From Okamejei kenojei (Eukaryota), in NCBI GenBank assembly GCA_035221665.1, contig CM069142.1, positions 15,562,001-15,626,000 of the forward strand: 64,000 nucleotides of DNA. Direction: 5' to 3'. The position numbers and the translations under genes were made by a program. Shown here piece by piece: positions 25,115 through 37,021 of the stretch (the first letter of the stretch is position 1; every line of letters begins with the position of its first letter). Below the pieces are notes generated by a model. The model was not told where the DNA came from. It searched no databases and worked only from the letters and a program-made list of their open reading frames with translations.

Positions 25115-26676
25115 GTTTGCAGACAATGGAAATACATTTCCAAACAATTCATTTCTCTTTAACAATTCACACTTCTCTAGCAATCTCTGGACTTATCAAA
25201 CTCGCTCCCGAACAATGGGCAAAAGCTCCGTAGTGCGTCAATAGTCTCGCACTTCTCTCAACATAATCGCACAATCAATCCTTTCAATCAGGTACCCAAA
25301 TTCCTTAACAATCTCTCACAATTCGCACTCAACTCTCACAACTTTCAATCTGTAAACAATTCCAAAACAACCTTTAGTCGACCAAATTAAGGTCTTCTTT
25401 CACGCAATCTTTCATGCAATCTTTCACGCTCAAAACACTTTAATCTAACACAAATAAATTCAAACCATGCAAGCAAAATCGTACTTAAACAAGAAACTAT
25501 ACCACTTATTACTGTCATACAAAAACACTCTCCAATATAACTTACAAACATGTGTTAACTACACAATTTCAAAAACAAATCACAATATATTTTAATCCCT
25601 CTCCGTGGTGTTTTCAACCAACGGGACAATTCCCTTGATACAGCGATCGGAAGGATTCGAACCCCTGGCTGAATCGCCACAAGTCGGACTCCAATGATAA
25701 CAGCAGTCCTAATCAAACGATGTTCTTATACAGTCGATTTCAATCACTATTACAACAGTGTATCTAACATTCAAAATTTAAATCAAAAGCAATACAAGTT
25801 AAGTGCAATGAAACAATCAACAAGTCTTAAACACAAAATAAATGTCGCTTCACAAATTTTAACTATCAACAATTTAAACAAAGTATTTATTATACACAAG
25901 TTAACTTGGAAGAAAATATATATACACTTTGAATTAACCAGCACCTCAATATGACGTCCTGAATTTAGGCAAATTTGAATCGAAAAAATTTTCAGCTTGT
26001 TTTTTGCTTTGTCCAATGATGTTTTAGTACACAAGTTCAAATTCAAATTATTAAGCTGACGTCTTTATGATTATGAAATTCTCAGGATTGGTTAAAAGTA
26101 TTTTCGGCCAATTCATACTTTAACCACTGAGTTCCCAGTACCTTTACGAGATTCCTCCCCCGTCTTTTCAAATATCCAGGTATTCCCATACAGGCGGGGA
26201 CTCAAACCCACATAGGCTCATGCTTGCAATGGACTTCTTCCTTTCCACCTGCTTGGTACCGGGTGTCAGCGCGTGACCACTTCACGCTGGCAGTCTATTA
26301 GAGTGCCTTTCCAATTTGCACCCCCGGCAACAAGGCAGTACTTTGCCTCTTAGTAGTGTTTAGACCCAGTCCTGTTTTCAAATATCCAGCCAATCGGATA
26401 TCCAGGCCTGGGTAAGACCTCAAACCACTCAGTTATTCCCGATGTCAGGCCAACTTAAAGGCACCTAACGGTTGGAATTTGCAACAGCGCTTGCTAGACT
26501 ACTGTTTTACGATCTCATTGGGAACCCCAACCCAAGTTCACGAATGACAGATCCGCTCCAACTAGCAAAGTGGGAAAACTGATTAGCAAACCGCACCGTG
26601 GTGCCGATTTCTCCCCTCGCAATCAGGAACAGCTCAACACCCTCGATCGCAAACTTGTGTCTGGGGGTCCGTTGAG

Positions 26677-26694
26677 ATCCCAGACGAGCCCCCA
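26677..26694 (-). promoter_or_regulatory. Primer-binding site, tRNA-Pro
   Basis: TGGGGGCTCGTCTGGGAT matches the canonical tRNA-Pro PBS TGGGGGCTCGTCCGGGAT at 17 of 18 positions. Confidence 0.93.
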
Positions 26695-26695
26695 A

Positions 26696-27474
26696 TGTAA
26701 TTATGCTCCTAGAGTTAACCCCCCTTAGTCTAGTTCAGTAAAACACCGAGTCAAGCACTGGACCACTAATCTTTATTTTATGAAACAATAATGAATCCCT
26801 ATACGATACCTAACCACACCCGCGGGATCGATCCTTATCTCTGTTTGTCCAAGACCTTCAGCCTCGTGCAAGCAGACACCTCCAAAAGGTTACTCAATCC
26901 CAAGCGCTCCTCCAGAAGATTGACAACGAACTTCGTGGGGGTGACCTTTTATAGGTCATCGAACCCTGAGGGGCAGATCTACATGGGGGTGGTAACCCTA
27001 CAAACCAATCACAGATATCGATTACATTAAGGTGTTATTGACAGTTCCCCAACCCAATTACAAAGCACCCCATTACAATGTTTCTACAGAAGCTTCTGGA
27101 AAGAAGTCAGTTGACCCAAGTAATGCAACATTCTCCTTGGGAGTATAAATAATTCAAACGAGGCTTCACACTTCAGCCAATCATCAAAGTAACACAAACA
27201 CCTTGCAATATTATTAACAGTATTTACAACCCTTCTGCAGCCAGCCAATCTTGCTCATGCATCTGCAACATATCTGGAGTTCTCTGCAAAGTACTCATAC
27301 ATTTTAACAATAGAGAGGACATCTGGACCTCACCTTATCTGATATTTCAATCTAGGTCCTTGACTTCCTGGCACTGACTTGCAGCTTTCAGCTTTACACA
27401 GAAATTGACCAAACAGGTTCTGCAGAAGCAATGATCCTCCATTTTATATATCTCTATTTTGGCCAATATTAACA
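26696..27474 (-). repeat. 5' LTR of the ERV
   Basis: TGTTAA...TTACA on the - strand, with TATAAAA 26947-26953 and AATAAA 26772-26777. The PBS follows after a 1-nt spacer. Confidence 0.95.
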
Positions 27475-28453
27475 AATTAGAATACTATTTAACGGGTTGA
27501 AGGAGTTTCAATGATACCTCTAGACCCTGTGGGACTCGTATAAGTTTTACTTGAGTTTATTCTCGTACAGAAATGGAATTTAGTTTTATGTGCTATTTTT
27601 AGTGGAATAAAATGCACGTTAGGATCTATGCTTTGGGTGAGAACATACTTAAAATGTAAAATATTCTATTTTTGCTCTGCAGCTGCTCTGACTGTCATTT
27701 GTTATTTACCAAGTGTTTAGTTTTATTTATCTCATTTGTCATTAACTGCATTTTAGTTTTATTTATGGAGCAGAATGTGAAATGGCACCATAAATATAAG
27801 ACAAAGTGTGCTGATTTCTCAACTGTCTGGCGTAATTAGATTATCCTGGTTAATTTTGGAAGACCTTTTCTGCTCTGTGGCAGCTTGAAAGGAACATAAT
27901 TGAATTTTAAATTGCTACTTCTTTCGTCCAAATAGCTTTGTTTGGCGTTAATCTTGTAAGATATAGGTTTGTAGTTGTAAATCAACTAGAAAAAGAATAT
28001 CTGGAACATTCAAAATGTCTACACGGATTTTATACCTCACAACATTTTAATGGTGTAAAGCTAAAATTTAAAATTTAGTTAGTTAAACACAGTGTATATA
28101 GAAAATTAAAGTAGGAGAGATTTTTAAGGATCAAAATTTGGATCTGGTGCTAATCCTCAAAATAGAATTTTATTGGATTTTATTTCCAAAATAATTATAT
28201 AGTTCTGCACTATTGTCTCTTCCAAGCTTGGTACATTTCCATCTGAAATTTCAAGTCTGTCCAGAATGCTGCAAGAATGTGCACTAGCCCCTAAATTCTT
28301 GAACAAACTTGGTTTAGTTGGTGTGTGTTTGGTTGCGCTCTGGTCTCTGGTATGGTAATAGATCTGGAATGCAACCTCCTTGGTCTCCGGACCTTCTCCA
28401 AAGGTCCTCCAGACCTTAGCACGGTAAGAAAACACAGGCACAAATTATGTTAA

Positions 28454-28637
28454 AGAAGGAACTGCAGATGCTGGAGAATCAAGGGTACACAAAAGGCTGG
28501 AGAAACTCAGCGGGTGCAGCAGTATCTAAGGAGCGAAGGAGCAGTCTGAAGAAGGGTCTCGACCTGAAACGTCGCCTATCTCCTTAGCTCCTTAGATGCT
28601 GCTGCACCCGCTGAGTTTCTCCAGCCTTTTGTGTACC
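28454..28637 (+). mobile_element. Short Penelope-derived palindromic insertion with a hammerhead-like core
   Basis: 58-bp inverted repeat (28483-28540 / 28581-28638) around CTGAAGA-AGGGTCTCGACCT-GAAA-CGTC. Flanked by the 15-bp direct repeat CACAAATTATGTTAA (28439-28453, 28638-28652). Confidence 0.8.
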
Positions 28638-30289
28638 CACAAATTATGTTAAGTATTTTAGTTGGACGTATGTGCACCTATTGTGGTCTAAGCTAAATGG
28701 AAATCATGAATGGTCCTCTAGAAATTAGATTTTGAGGATTTTTGATAACTTGTGCCCCAATGAGGAACAAGGTTTTACATATATGCAAGTTAGATAGTAA
28801 GTTCTGAAATTAAATAGTGTATTATTGGATCACCTACATTGCTGCCCAGTGCTCATCTGCTCCTGACCTCTCCATTACTTGCAGTCAGTATGAAGAATAC
28901 ATACAATATGCTGCTTTTTTGTAATGCTTCTTACCATGCTTATAGTCTTGATCTTTGCTTCATGTTTTCTTATAATTAGCATTGAAAGATGAGCAGTGCT
29001 AAAGCACTGACAACCTTTAACCTTTTGCACGGTTACTGATGCACTTCTAAGTTTTTGCCTTAATTTGCAAATACACGTAATTAGTTGAAATCTTGAATAT
29101 AATTTTCAAAGGATAGATTTGATTTGATAAAATGGTGTGCACTCTTGCATATTTTTTGAAAGATTTTAAAAACCACATATATCAAATAACATCAGTCCAG
29201 CTGTTAAACACGAGCACAATAATGTAGAGAGACAAGCAATTGCAGATGCTAGAATCCTGAGTGAAAAAGTGCTGGAGTGGCTCAGCAGATCAGGCAGCAT
29301 CTCTGGTGGATCCCAAGTTTTGAGTCAGGACTCTTCGTCAGACTATAGCACATGTATAGTTTTGGTTAATTATGCTTTATGTTTAGCAAATCTGATATTG
29401 TTTTTTTATTCTTTTAACTCAACAATCGTTAAAATTAGTTCCAATAAAAATCGAGACTTGCATTTAACAATAAATCCATACCGCACTCTTTAACCAAATA
29501 ATCAATATTAAGGGAGAAATTCAGCATTGTGGCGGAAATTTAATTTCTGCCTTAACATCGATTATTTGCCACCAAGAAATCAGCCACTGTTGGCACACAT
29601 CTGAATGTTTAATCCTATTGATTTAAATAGAATTAAATGAACAGTGCAGTGTACAACTGGCAATGAATCTATGTCACTGCCCATCAATCAATCAGTGACA
29701 GGGAAAGTGGAATTTGTTCTTTTAAAATAAATTTGATGCCGGTATTAGAATTGCAACCTCAATTGCTTTTTAAATCAAAGTTAATCTGGAAAATTAAGTG
29801 GTGGGTGTTTTTTTTAAATCAAAGATTACTTATTAAAGCATACATTGAGTTGGTGTAATTAATCTAGCAACTCACTGTTATTTCTGAGAGTATCGGAAGA
29901 AGGAGCAATGTTGGTCAAAGGAGACACTGAGCTAGAGGAAGGCAGTTCGCTGGTGAATAATTATATTGACAGGACAGGCAATCCCATTATTATATAAAGG
30001 AGTGTTTAAAAATAAGAACATGCAGCTGAGGTATGAAATATTCAGAGATATTGTGAAGATACTAACAAGGGTCAGGACCCAAAACATTACCTATCCTTCC
30101 TTCCACGGATCCTGTCTAACCTGCTGAGTTACTCCAGCACTTTGTATTTTATTCTTTGTTCAAAATGGAGCAACTGTTGCAAAACATGACCTTGCCACAG
30201 ATAATGGTGACCAGTCAGGAAGACAATTGGATGAACTCTGCCTAAGATGACAGAGAAGCCAAAGAGTTGTTCTGGCCCTGAAAAATATC

Positions 30290-31507
30290 ACAAACCCCCG
30301 GCTGGACTGGGCAAATAGATCAGTGGATGGCACAGTCAACCTAGGCCTGCACCTCATCCTCCAGCACCTAGACCACCAGGGGATCTATGCAAGGATTTTG
30401 TTTGTGGATTTTAGCTCTGCGTTTAACACCATTTTTCCAGAGCTACTACACTCCAAACTCTCCCAATTGACTGTACCTGAACCCCTCTGTCAGTGGATCA
30501 CCAACTTCCTGACAGACAGGAAGCAGCATGTGAGACTGGGAAAGCTCATCTCGGACCCGCAGACCCAGCATAGGAGCACCGCAAGGTTGCGTACTCTCCC
30601 TATTCCTTTACACACTCTACACCAACGACTGCACCTCCACAGACTCCACTGTTAAGCTTCTCAAGTTTGCGGATGACACAACCCTGATTGGACTGATCCA
30701 GCTTGGGGAGGAATCTGCCTACAGACAGAAAGTGTCACAGCTGGCGTCCTGGTGCCATCGCAACAACCTGGAGCTCAATGCTCTTAAGACGATGGAATTG
30801 ATTGTAGACTTTAGGAGAGCTCCCCCTCCCCTCCCACTCACGATCAACAACACCACAGTCACATCTGTGGAGTCATTTAAGTTCCTTGGAACCATTATCT
30901 CCAGGACCTTAAATGGGAGGCCAACATCGACTCTAAAAAGCCCAATAGAGGATGTACTTCCTGCAGCAGCTGAGAAAACACAATCTGCCACAGGCAATGA
31001 TGGTCCAGTTTTACACTGCCATCATAGAGTCTGTCCTCACCTTCTCCATTATGGTCTGATTTGGTTCAGCCACCAAGCATGACATCCGGAGGCTGCAGCG
31101 CATCATTTGATCAGCCAAGAAGGTTGCTGGCTGCAACCTTCCCCCCATCGACAAACTGTGCACCGCAAGGGCCAGGAAGAGAGCGGGTAAGATCATCTCT
31201 GACCCCTCTCACCCTGGCCACAAACTCTTTGAAGCACTTCCCTCTGGAAGGCGACTCCGGACTGTCAAAGCCGCCATAGCCGGACACAAAAACAGCTTTT
31301 TTTCCACGAGCAGTAGCTCTACTCAACCGCCAAAAGTCTGACTCCTCCTTTTCCTCAGGTATTTTATTTAATTCTTCACATGTTTAAATGATAATGTTTT
31401 ATTTTTCATTGTCCACTGTGTATCGTGTTGCTACTTGCGAGCAAAGCACCAAGGCAAATTCCTTGTATGTATACATATTTGGCTAATAAAGTTTATTCAA
31501 TTCAATT
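30290..31507 (+). mobile_element. Rex1/Babar-type LINE, 5'-truncated RT
   Basis: YARILFVDFSSAFNTI, GAPQGCVLSP, KFADDT, LELNALKT.E.IVDFR; AATAAA and an (ATTCA)n tail at ~31485-31507. Confidence 0.88.
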
Positions 31508-32427
31508 TAAATGAATATATTATTGGATTAACGTGCACAGGTGGATAACTGTGATGTAGACAAGTGTGTGGATGGGAAACAAAACTACATAACCATGAAT
31601 TGGACCAAAGAGAAGAACTGAACGCACAGAGAGAAATAAAATATAGGTATAGAGAATTTTGTCATTTTGGGAATAAGTTTAATTTGCATAGCAACAACTG
31701 AAGTTCCAAATGGTCAATGAATGAAGTAAGGAGATTGTGGAAATCTGGACATAAACCTGAAGTATTGATTCATTGAAAAATATATTGCAAAGGCCATGAT
31801 AGAGAAGTTTCAGGCATTTAAGTAAAAACCAGGACTTCAAAGGTACTAATTTCTACAATATTTCTGCTGTAGCATGCTTAGTCGGTTGGCAAGAAGTAGA
31901 TTAGACACTAATGGATGATGCATAATAGAGAGTTTCAGACTTGGTTTGCAGTGCAGGTGGAGTGAGGTTCAACAAAGATCTTTTCCCAAACCGAATTATT
32001 AAGTATTGAGCAGTAGGGGAAAATAGTATAATGAAAGCACAGTGGCTAAAACAATACAAAAGATGAAGTGTTTTCAGAGAAATACGTAGAATTAAATATA
32101 GAGTATATTAATGAAATTTTCTATAAATGCATAAAACAACAGAGAAATTGTAGAATCACATAGACCTAAATGTAGCAACTTAATTTTTAAAGTGGTGGGA
32201 AGAGTGGAGTCAATATTAAGCATGTTTTATGGAAAAGTAAAGTTGCAGGAGTAACATTCTGAATGTAGAATAACTGTTGGGGAATTAAATATCCAAAATA
32301 TATCACATTATGATATTATTTAGACCAATGGTAAAGAAGTTAGTAAAACTACTTGGTTTGCAAATGCTGGTTTACAAAGTGCTGAAATAACCCAGGCTGG
32401 GTCACGCTGTATCTCTGGAGAACATGA

Positions 32428-32962
32428 CCATTTTAACTTCCCTTCCCAATCCGCACTGATCATTCTGTCCTGGGCCTCCTCCATTGCCAGAGTGATGCCA
32501 CAGACAAACTGGAGGACCAGCACCTCATATTGCACTTGGGTAGCTTACAAACTAAACATTGAATTCTCCAATATTAGGGAATTAACTTACAAACAACCCC
32601 CTCCCCCTATCCCCTTCCCTGTGCCCTCACCCTTTGGGTGCGCACCCAATGCTCCCTTTCCCCCCCACATCTCTTTCCATGTACAGTATATCCCTTCCTC
32701 TGGCTTCACAATTTGCCCCTCTTCTTTCGTTATCTCTTTATCTCGCACTTTTCTCTTTTCATCTCTGGCCTTTGTCTAATCATTTGCTAATCAACACCCC
32801 CCCCCCCATTCATCTGCCCCACCTATCATCTGTCAGACCTTGTTCTGCCCCACCTGCTTCCCAGCTTTCTCTTCCCCCCCCCACCACTATCAGTCTGAAG
32901 AAGGGTTCCGATTGGAAACGCCGTCTCTCCCTGTTCTCCAGAATTACTCCAGCACTTTGTAC
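32428..32962 (+). mobile_element. Penelope-like element 3' fragment
   Basis: GIY-YIG C-terminal region (SVLGLLHCQSDA..KLEDQHLI..LGSLQ), pyrimidine-rich UTR and a decayed CTGAAGA...GAAAC core at ~32895. Confidence 0.75.
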
Positions 32963-34680
32963 ATTTTAAAGGAAATATAATGTCAATGAACTTTCACCCC
33001 CAATTGGATAGATCACCTCAGTGTTTGCACAAATTCTCAGCATGGTTAACCATTGGTGGAATTAGGAACAGACCTAAAGTTTCAGAGGAACAAGTTAACT
33101 ATCATATTTCATATATGAAATATCAAGTCTCACACCGAGTTAACTGTCGCTGTTTGTTCTACTAAACTTTGGAGGCATTTCAACAGTGAGGGGAATTATT
33201 TAAGGAAATGTTGAGTGCTCAGTGCCAGGATCAAAATAGTTCCTAATCCACAATTACAATTTGTATTTGAAGACTAAGTACATTTCAGGTTGGATATGGT
33301 GACTGCAATCTAAACACCCAGAGTTGCAGGTGAGTAGGAAATTTGTCTGTCAATCAAATTTGATGTCCACACTGCTGAAAATGAAGTGATTAAGATTGAT
33401 TTGAATGTAATTTGAATGTACGTTTTCTTCACTCTGTAATTATCTGGAGAAATCGCCGCACCTTTGCTGACTGAAATGTCTGTGGCTTGTTTCCTCTGCT
33501 CTTTAAATAAACTATTTAATTGAAGTTGGCTTTCTTTGCTATTTCTTAGACGATTTGCAGTGAGTCACACACCAGTTCTATTCGTTGGCTGAATACAAAT
33601 AAAATTAATAAAATCTCCAGTCAAGCAAATCAGTTGCAAATTAGGTTTTTACCTAAAAAAATAGACATGAATGGTGTACATAATGAAAGGTTGATCACAG
33701 TCTGGGCAGAATTCCTGCACAATTATCAACAACTTAAAATACCAGCATTTTCATCAACAAAACCATAATCATGTGAAGGCCAAATAGCTGTTTTTAATAT
33801 TTCATTTTCACTGGTTTTATTTTCTTGTCTGAATTTCTGCATTAATCCATTAGTGACTGCTTATAAGAGATATTTCAAAGCTTTCAAAATTTTTTAAAAA
33901 ACCCTCCTAGATTAGCAGTGATAGCATTTGAACTTGCATCAATTACAGACGTACGTCACACATCAAATACAAGTCAGAAAAAAAGTCAAAATCATTAAAT
34001 GTAAAACAAACTTAAATGCTACTTTGATTTTGCTGACAGGTAGATAGAACAGTGCTGAACATTGACAAATCATCAGCTAATTGTTCTTACTCTCATTGAA
34101 TACATTTTTTCTCAGTCCTTTTACTAAATCTAAGAGAGAAAGAATTATGTAGGTGACTTTTTCACAACCATTGATCAATTCCTTTGAGTTCAATCATCAG
34201 ATTTGCATTCCAGTCTAAAAGTAGAAAATAATAATTTACCTATTTTCTGAAAGTGTATTACATTCCTTTCATAATATATTCTTCATCTGGAGATGGTTTG
34301 AACAACCTTCCCCGAATCACTGAATCATGAATAAAGAATAATACCAACAGTCCATCCTGAGAATGTACTTAGAATGATCACGAGCTGAAATAAAGGGAAC
34401 GGTGGTAAATAATGTAACTCAGAGGTTCACTAGAGAACTGAAACATAAGTCCATAGATGGGAAGAAATTGAAAATAATTAATCTAATTTTAATGTTGGAA
34501 CCCTATTTTTAAAATATGCTAATATGTAGTTTGACACAAGGCCTGGAATTGAAACACTCCCCTTAATAGAAAGCTGGAACATATTGGCAATAGTAAGGTA
34601 TCATGGCTCTCCAACTTTCATTGATGGTGAGAGGAGATAAGGCACCATTCATCCATTCCCCCCCCCCCCCCCCCCCCACC

Positions 34681-35466
34681 CGTTAATCCTGGACAAAACC
34701 AAACAGACATAGTACCCAAAATTTAGTAAGGACTCATGTATTGCTTGGCCATTTTGGTCAAGTCTGGTGTGCTGTGCAGAAATAAGACAATCTCTGAATG
34801 GTGCCAGTAAGTCTAGGGCCCAGATCAGTTGCATATTCAATTGACAGATGAATGGGTTTTCTGCAGAGGACATCCAAGGAAATGTAAAATGTATGAAGTT
34901 AATTGGATAAATGGAAATTAAGTGTACATATTGTATATAATGTTGCTAGACAGTTACCCTGCCATTTATTGATTGGTTAAAGTGTTCAGCCCCTGGTCGG
35001 TTTGTTTGGATTCCAAGGTGAATGTTGCATTATTCAAGTTCTGTTAGCTACCTCTAGAAGCTTCTCCTGCAACAATGTAAAGGAGATGTTGTCATTGGTC
35101 TTTGTAACTGTCAATAATGTATTGTTGTAATTTGTTATGTTTGATTGGATTGTAAACAGACCACCCTTCTGTAGTTCGGCCCCTCAAGGTTCGGGGACCT
35201 ATAAAAGGCAGCCCCCACGAGGTACTTTGTCGATTTTCTGGAAGAGCACTTGGGACTGCATGACCTTTTGGAGTGTCTCTGCTTGCACGAGGCTGAAGAG
35301 CTTGGCCAGGCAGATAAGATACAAGGATCAAACCCTCGGTGGTTTAGGTATCGTATAGGGTAATTTGTTGTGCTATCCAAAAATAAAGTTTAGTTGTTCC
35401 AGTACTTGAATCAGTGTTTTATTAACTAAACTAGACTGGGGGGAAGCTTAGAAGAGCTAATTTACA
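34681..35466 (+). mobile_element. Solo LTR related to the ERV LTR (divergent subfamily)
   Basis: 786 bp, colinear with the reverse complement of the ERV LTR (start cgttaatcctggacaaaa vs tgttaatattggccaaaa; cctataaaagg; gcttgcacgaggctgaag; taggtatcgtataggg; aaataaag; end ttaca). Confidence 0.85.
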
Positions 35467-35474
35467 CCCCCACC

Positions 35475-35673
35475 TGTAAAGAAGGTTCACGGACACCATT
35501 GGATCTTTACTACTTTAATGAACGTACATTATTGCCCTAGCTGTACATGGTCTGTCATGATCACTAGAGAGAGAGCTAGGGGTGTGAAGGTTACAATTAT
35601 ACTAACTGGTGGGGGAGTGGTTAGCATGGACATCGTCACTATCAATTAAAGGTGTATACACATATCATCTACA
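35475..35673 (-). mobile_element. Small solo LTR (Gypsy/BEL-like)
   Basis: 199 bp, TGTA...TACA termini, perfect 5-bp TSD CCACC (35470-35474, 35674-35678), ATTAAA near the - strand 3' end. Confidence 0.7.
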
Positions 35674-36330
35674 CCACCCCAGTTTTAAAATTGCAACCGC
35701 AGCCTGCAATCAATGGGTGAATTAAATTTTATTGAGTGAAGTTCTACTTTGTTTTCTTCATAAAGTTATCAAGCCACAGAATACTATTGATATTAGTATG
35801 CTTTGTAAGCCAATGTGACAATATTATTGTACTTCAATCTCCCAGTTCTATGTTTAAATGATTGGCTGTTTTATGCTGCTGACAGAATTCTAAATTATCC
35901 TCCAACGTTTCTCAAGTGAGACAAGAGCCCATAGATACGGATCACTAGCAAATCAAATCAGGCATGCGGAGGAGCTTATGTACAAAAGTATAGTATAATA
36001 GTATAAAATATCCAAGTTTGCTACTATAATAAGGACAAAGAAATGTATGCAGAAGCATAAACTGTCTTTAAATGGAAATATATATATTGGTAGATGGAGT
36101 AAAATATGGAGAAACTAGACCAAGTGGGACCCGTTGGGTCCCATGTTCACACGGGAGGGCTGGTCCCCCAATGCAATATTCCACCTCTCCACCAATTCCA
36201 ATATTGATGGCCAGTGGGGGGGGGGGGGGGGGTGGGGGGGGGGGGGGGGTTCTGGAGCGCAAGTATGGGTGTTGTGGGCCAAAGGGACTAGTTTCCATAG
36301 GGCTTGTATGGACATTGTGAGCCGAATGGA

Positions 36331-36582
36331 TTGGCAGCTCAGTCACTCAGGCCTGGTAGGCTGGCAGCTCAGTTACTCAGGCCTGGTGGGCTGGCAGCTC
36401 AGTCACTCAGGCCTGGTGCACTGGCAGCTCAGTCACTCAGGCCTGGTGCGCTGGCAGCTCAGTCACTCAGGCCTTGTGGGCTGGCAGCTCAGTCACTCAG
36501 GCCTGGTGGGCTGGCAGCTCAGTCACTCAGGCCTGGTGGGCTGGCAGATCAGTCACTCAGGCCTGGTGGGCTGGCAGCTCAG
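36331..36582. repeat. 30-bp minisatellite inside the Helitron, ~8.4 copies
   Basis: Unit ctggcagctcagtcactcaggcctggtggg. Confidence 0.95.
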
Positions 36583-37021
36583 AAATTGCCAGAAATTCTG
36601 CCGAAAACAGGTGAGAAACTCTGTGAGAGAGAGAAGGTGCAGAATCAATTTTAGACATTTTTCATCTTTTTCTGCAGATCATCAATGAAGGAGAAAAGTC
36701 TATCCTGGTCAGGATCGTACTTGGAGCCAATGAAGAGAGAGAGAAAAACACTGGGGTGAGGTTTAATACTTGCAGAGGAAATAATTACTGATGGGCCGAA
36801 GTGACTCCTCCTGGGCTAGTACAGGCCTGATGGGCCAAGGGGACTCTTTTTTAAAAAAAAAATCACTGAAATCTCAGTGAAGCACTTTTTCTGGACTTTT
36901 CCTGGCCTGGCACGGACCTTTTGGGCCAAAATGCACCTCCTGGGCTAATACGGGCACGTGAGGCAAAAGGGACTGGTTTCTCGGCTAATAGGGGTCTTGT
37001 AGGTCGAAATGAGTGGTTTCA

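Larger units (their letters stand above)
19982..27474 (-). mobile_element. Endogenous retrovirus-like LTR element (class I / epsilon-like), defective
   Basis: Paired ~780-bp TG...CA LTRs, a tRNA-Pro PBS, gag and integrase remnants, and flanks AATG/AATT (4-bp TSD with one mismatch). Confidence 0.92.
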
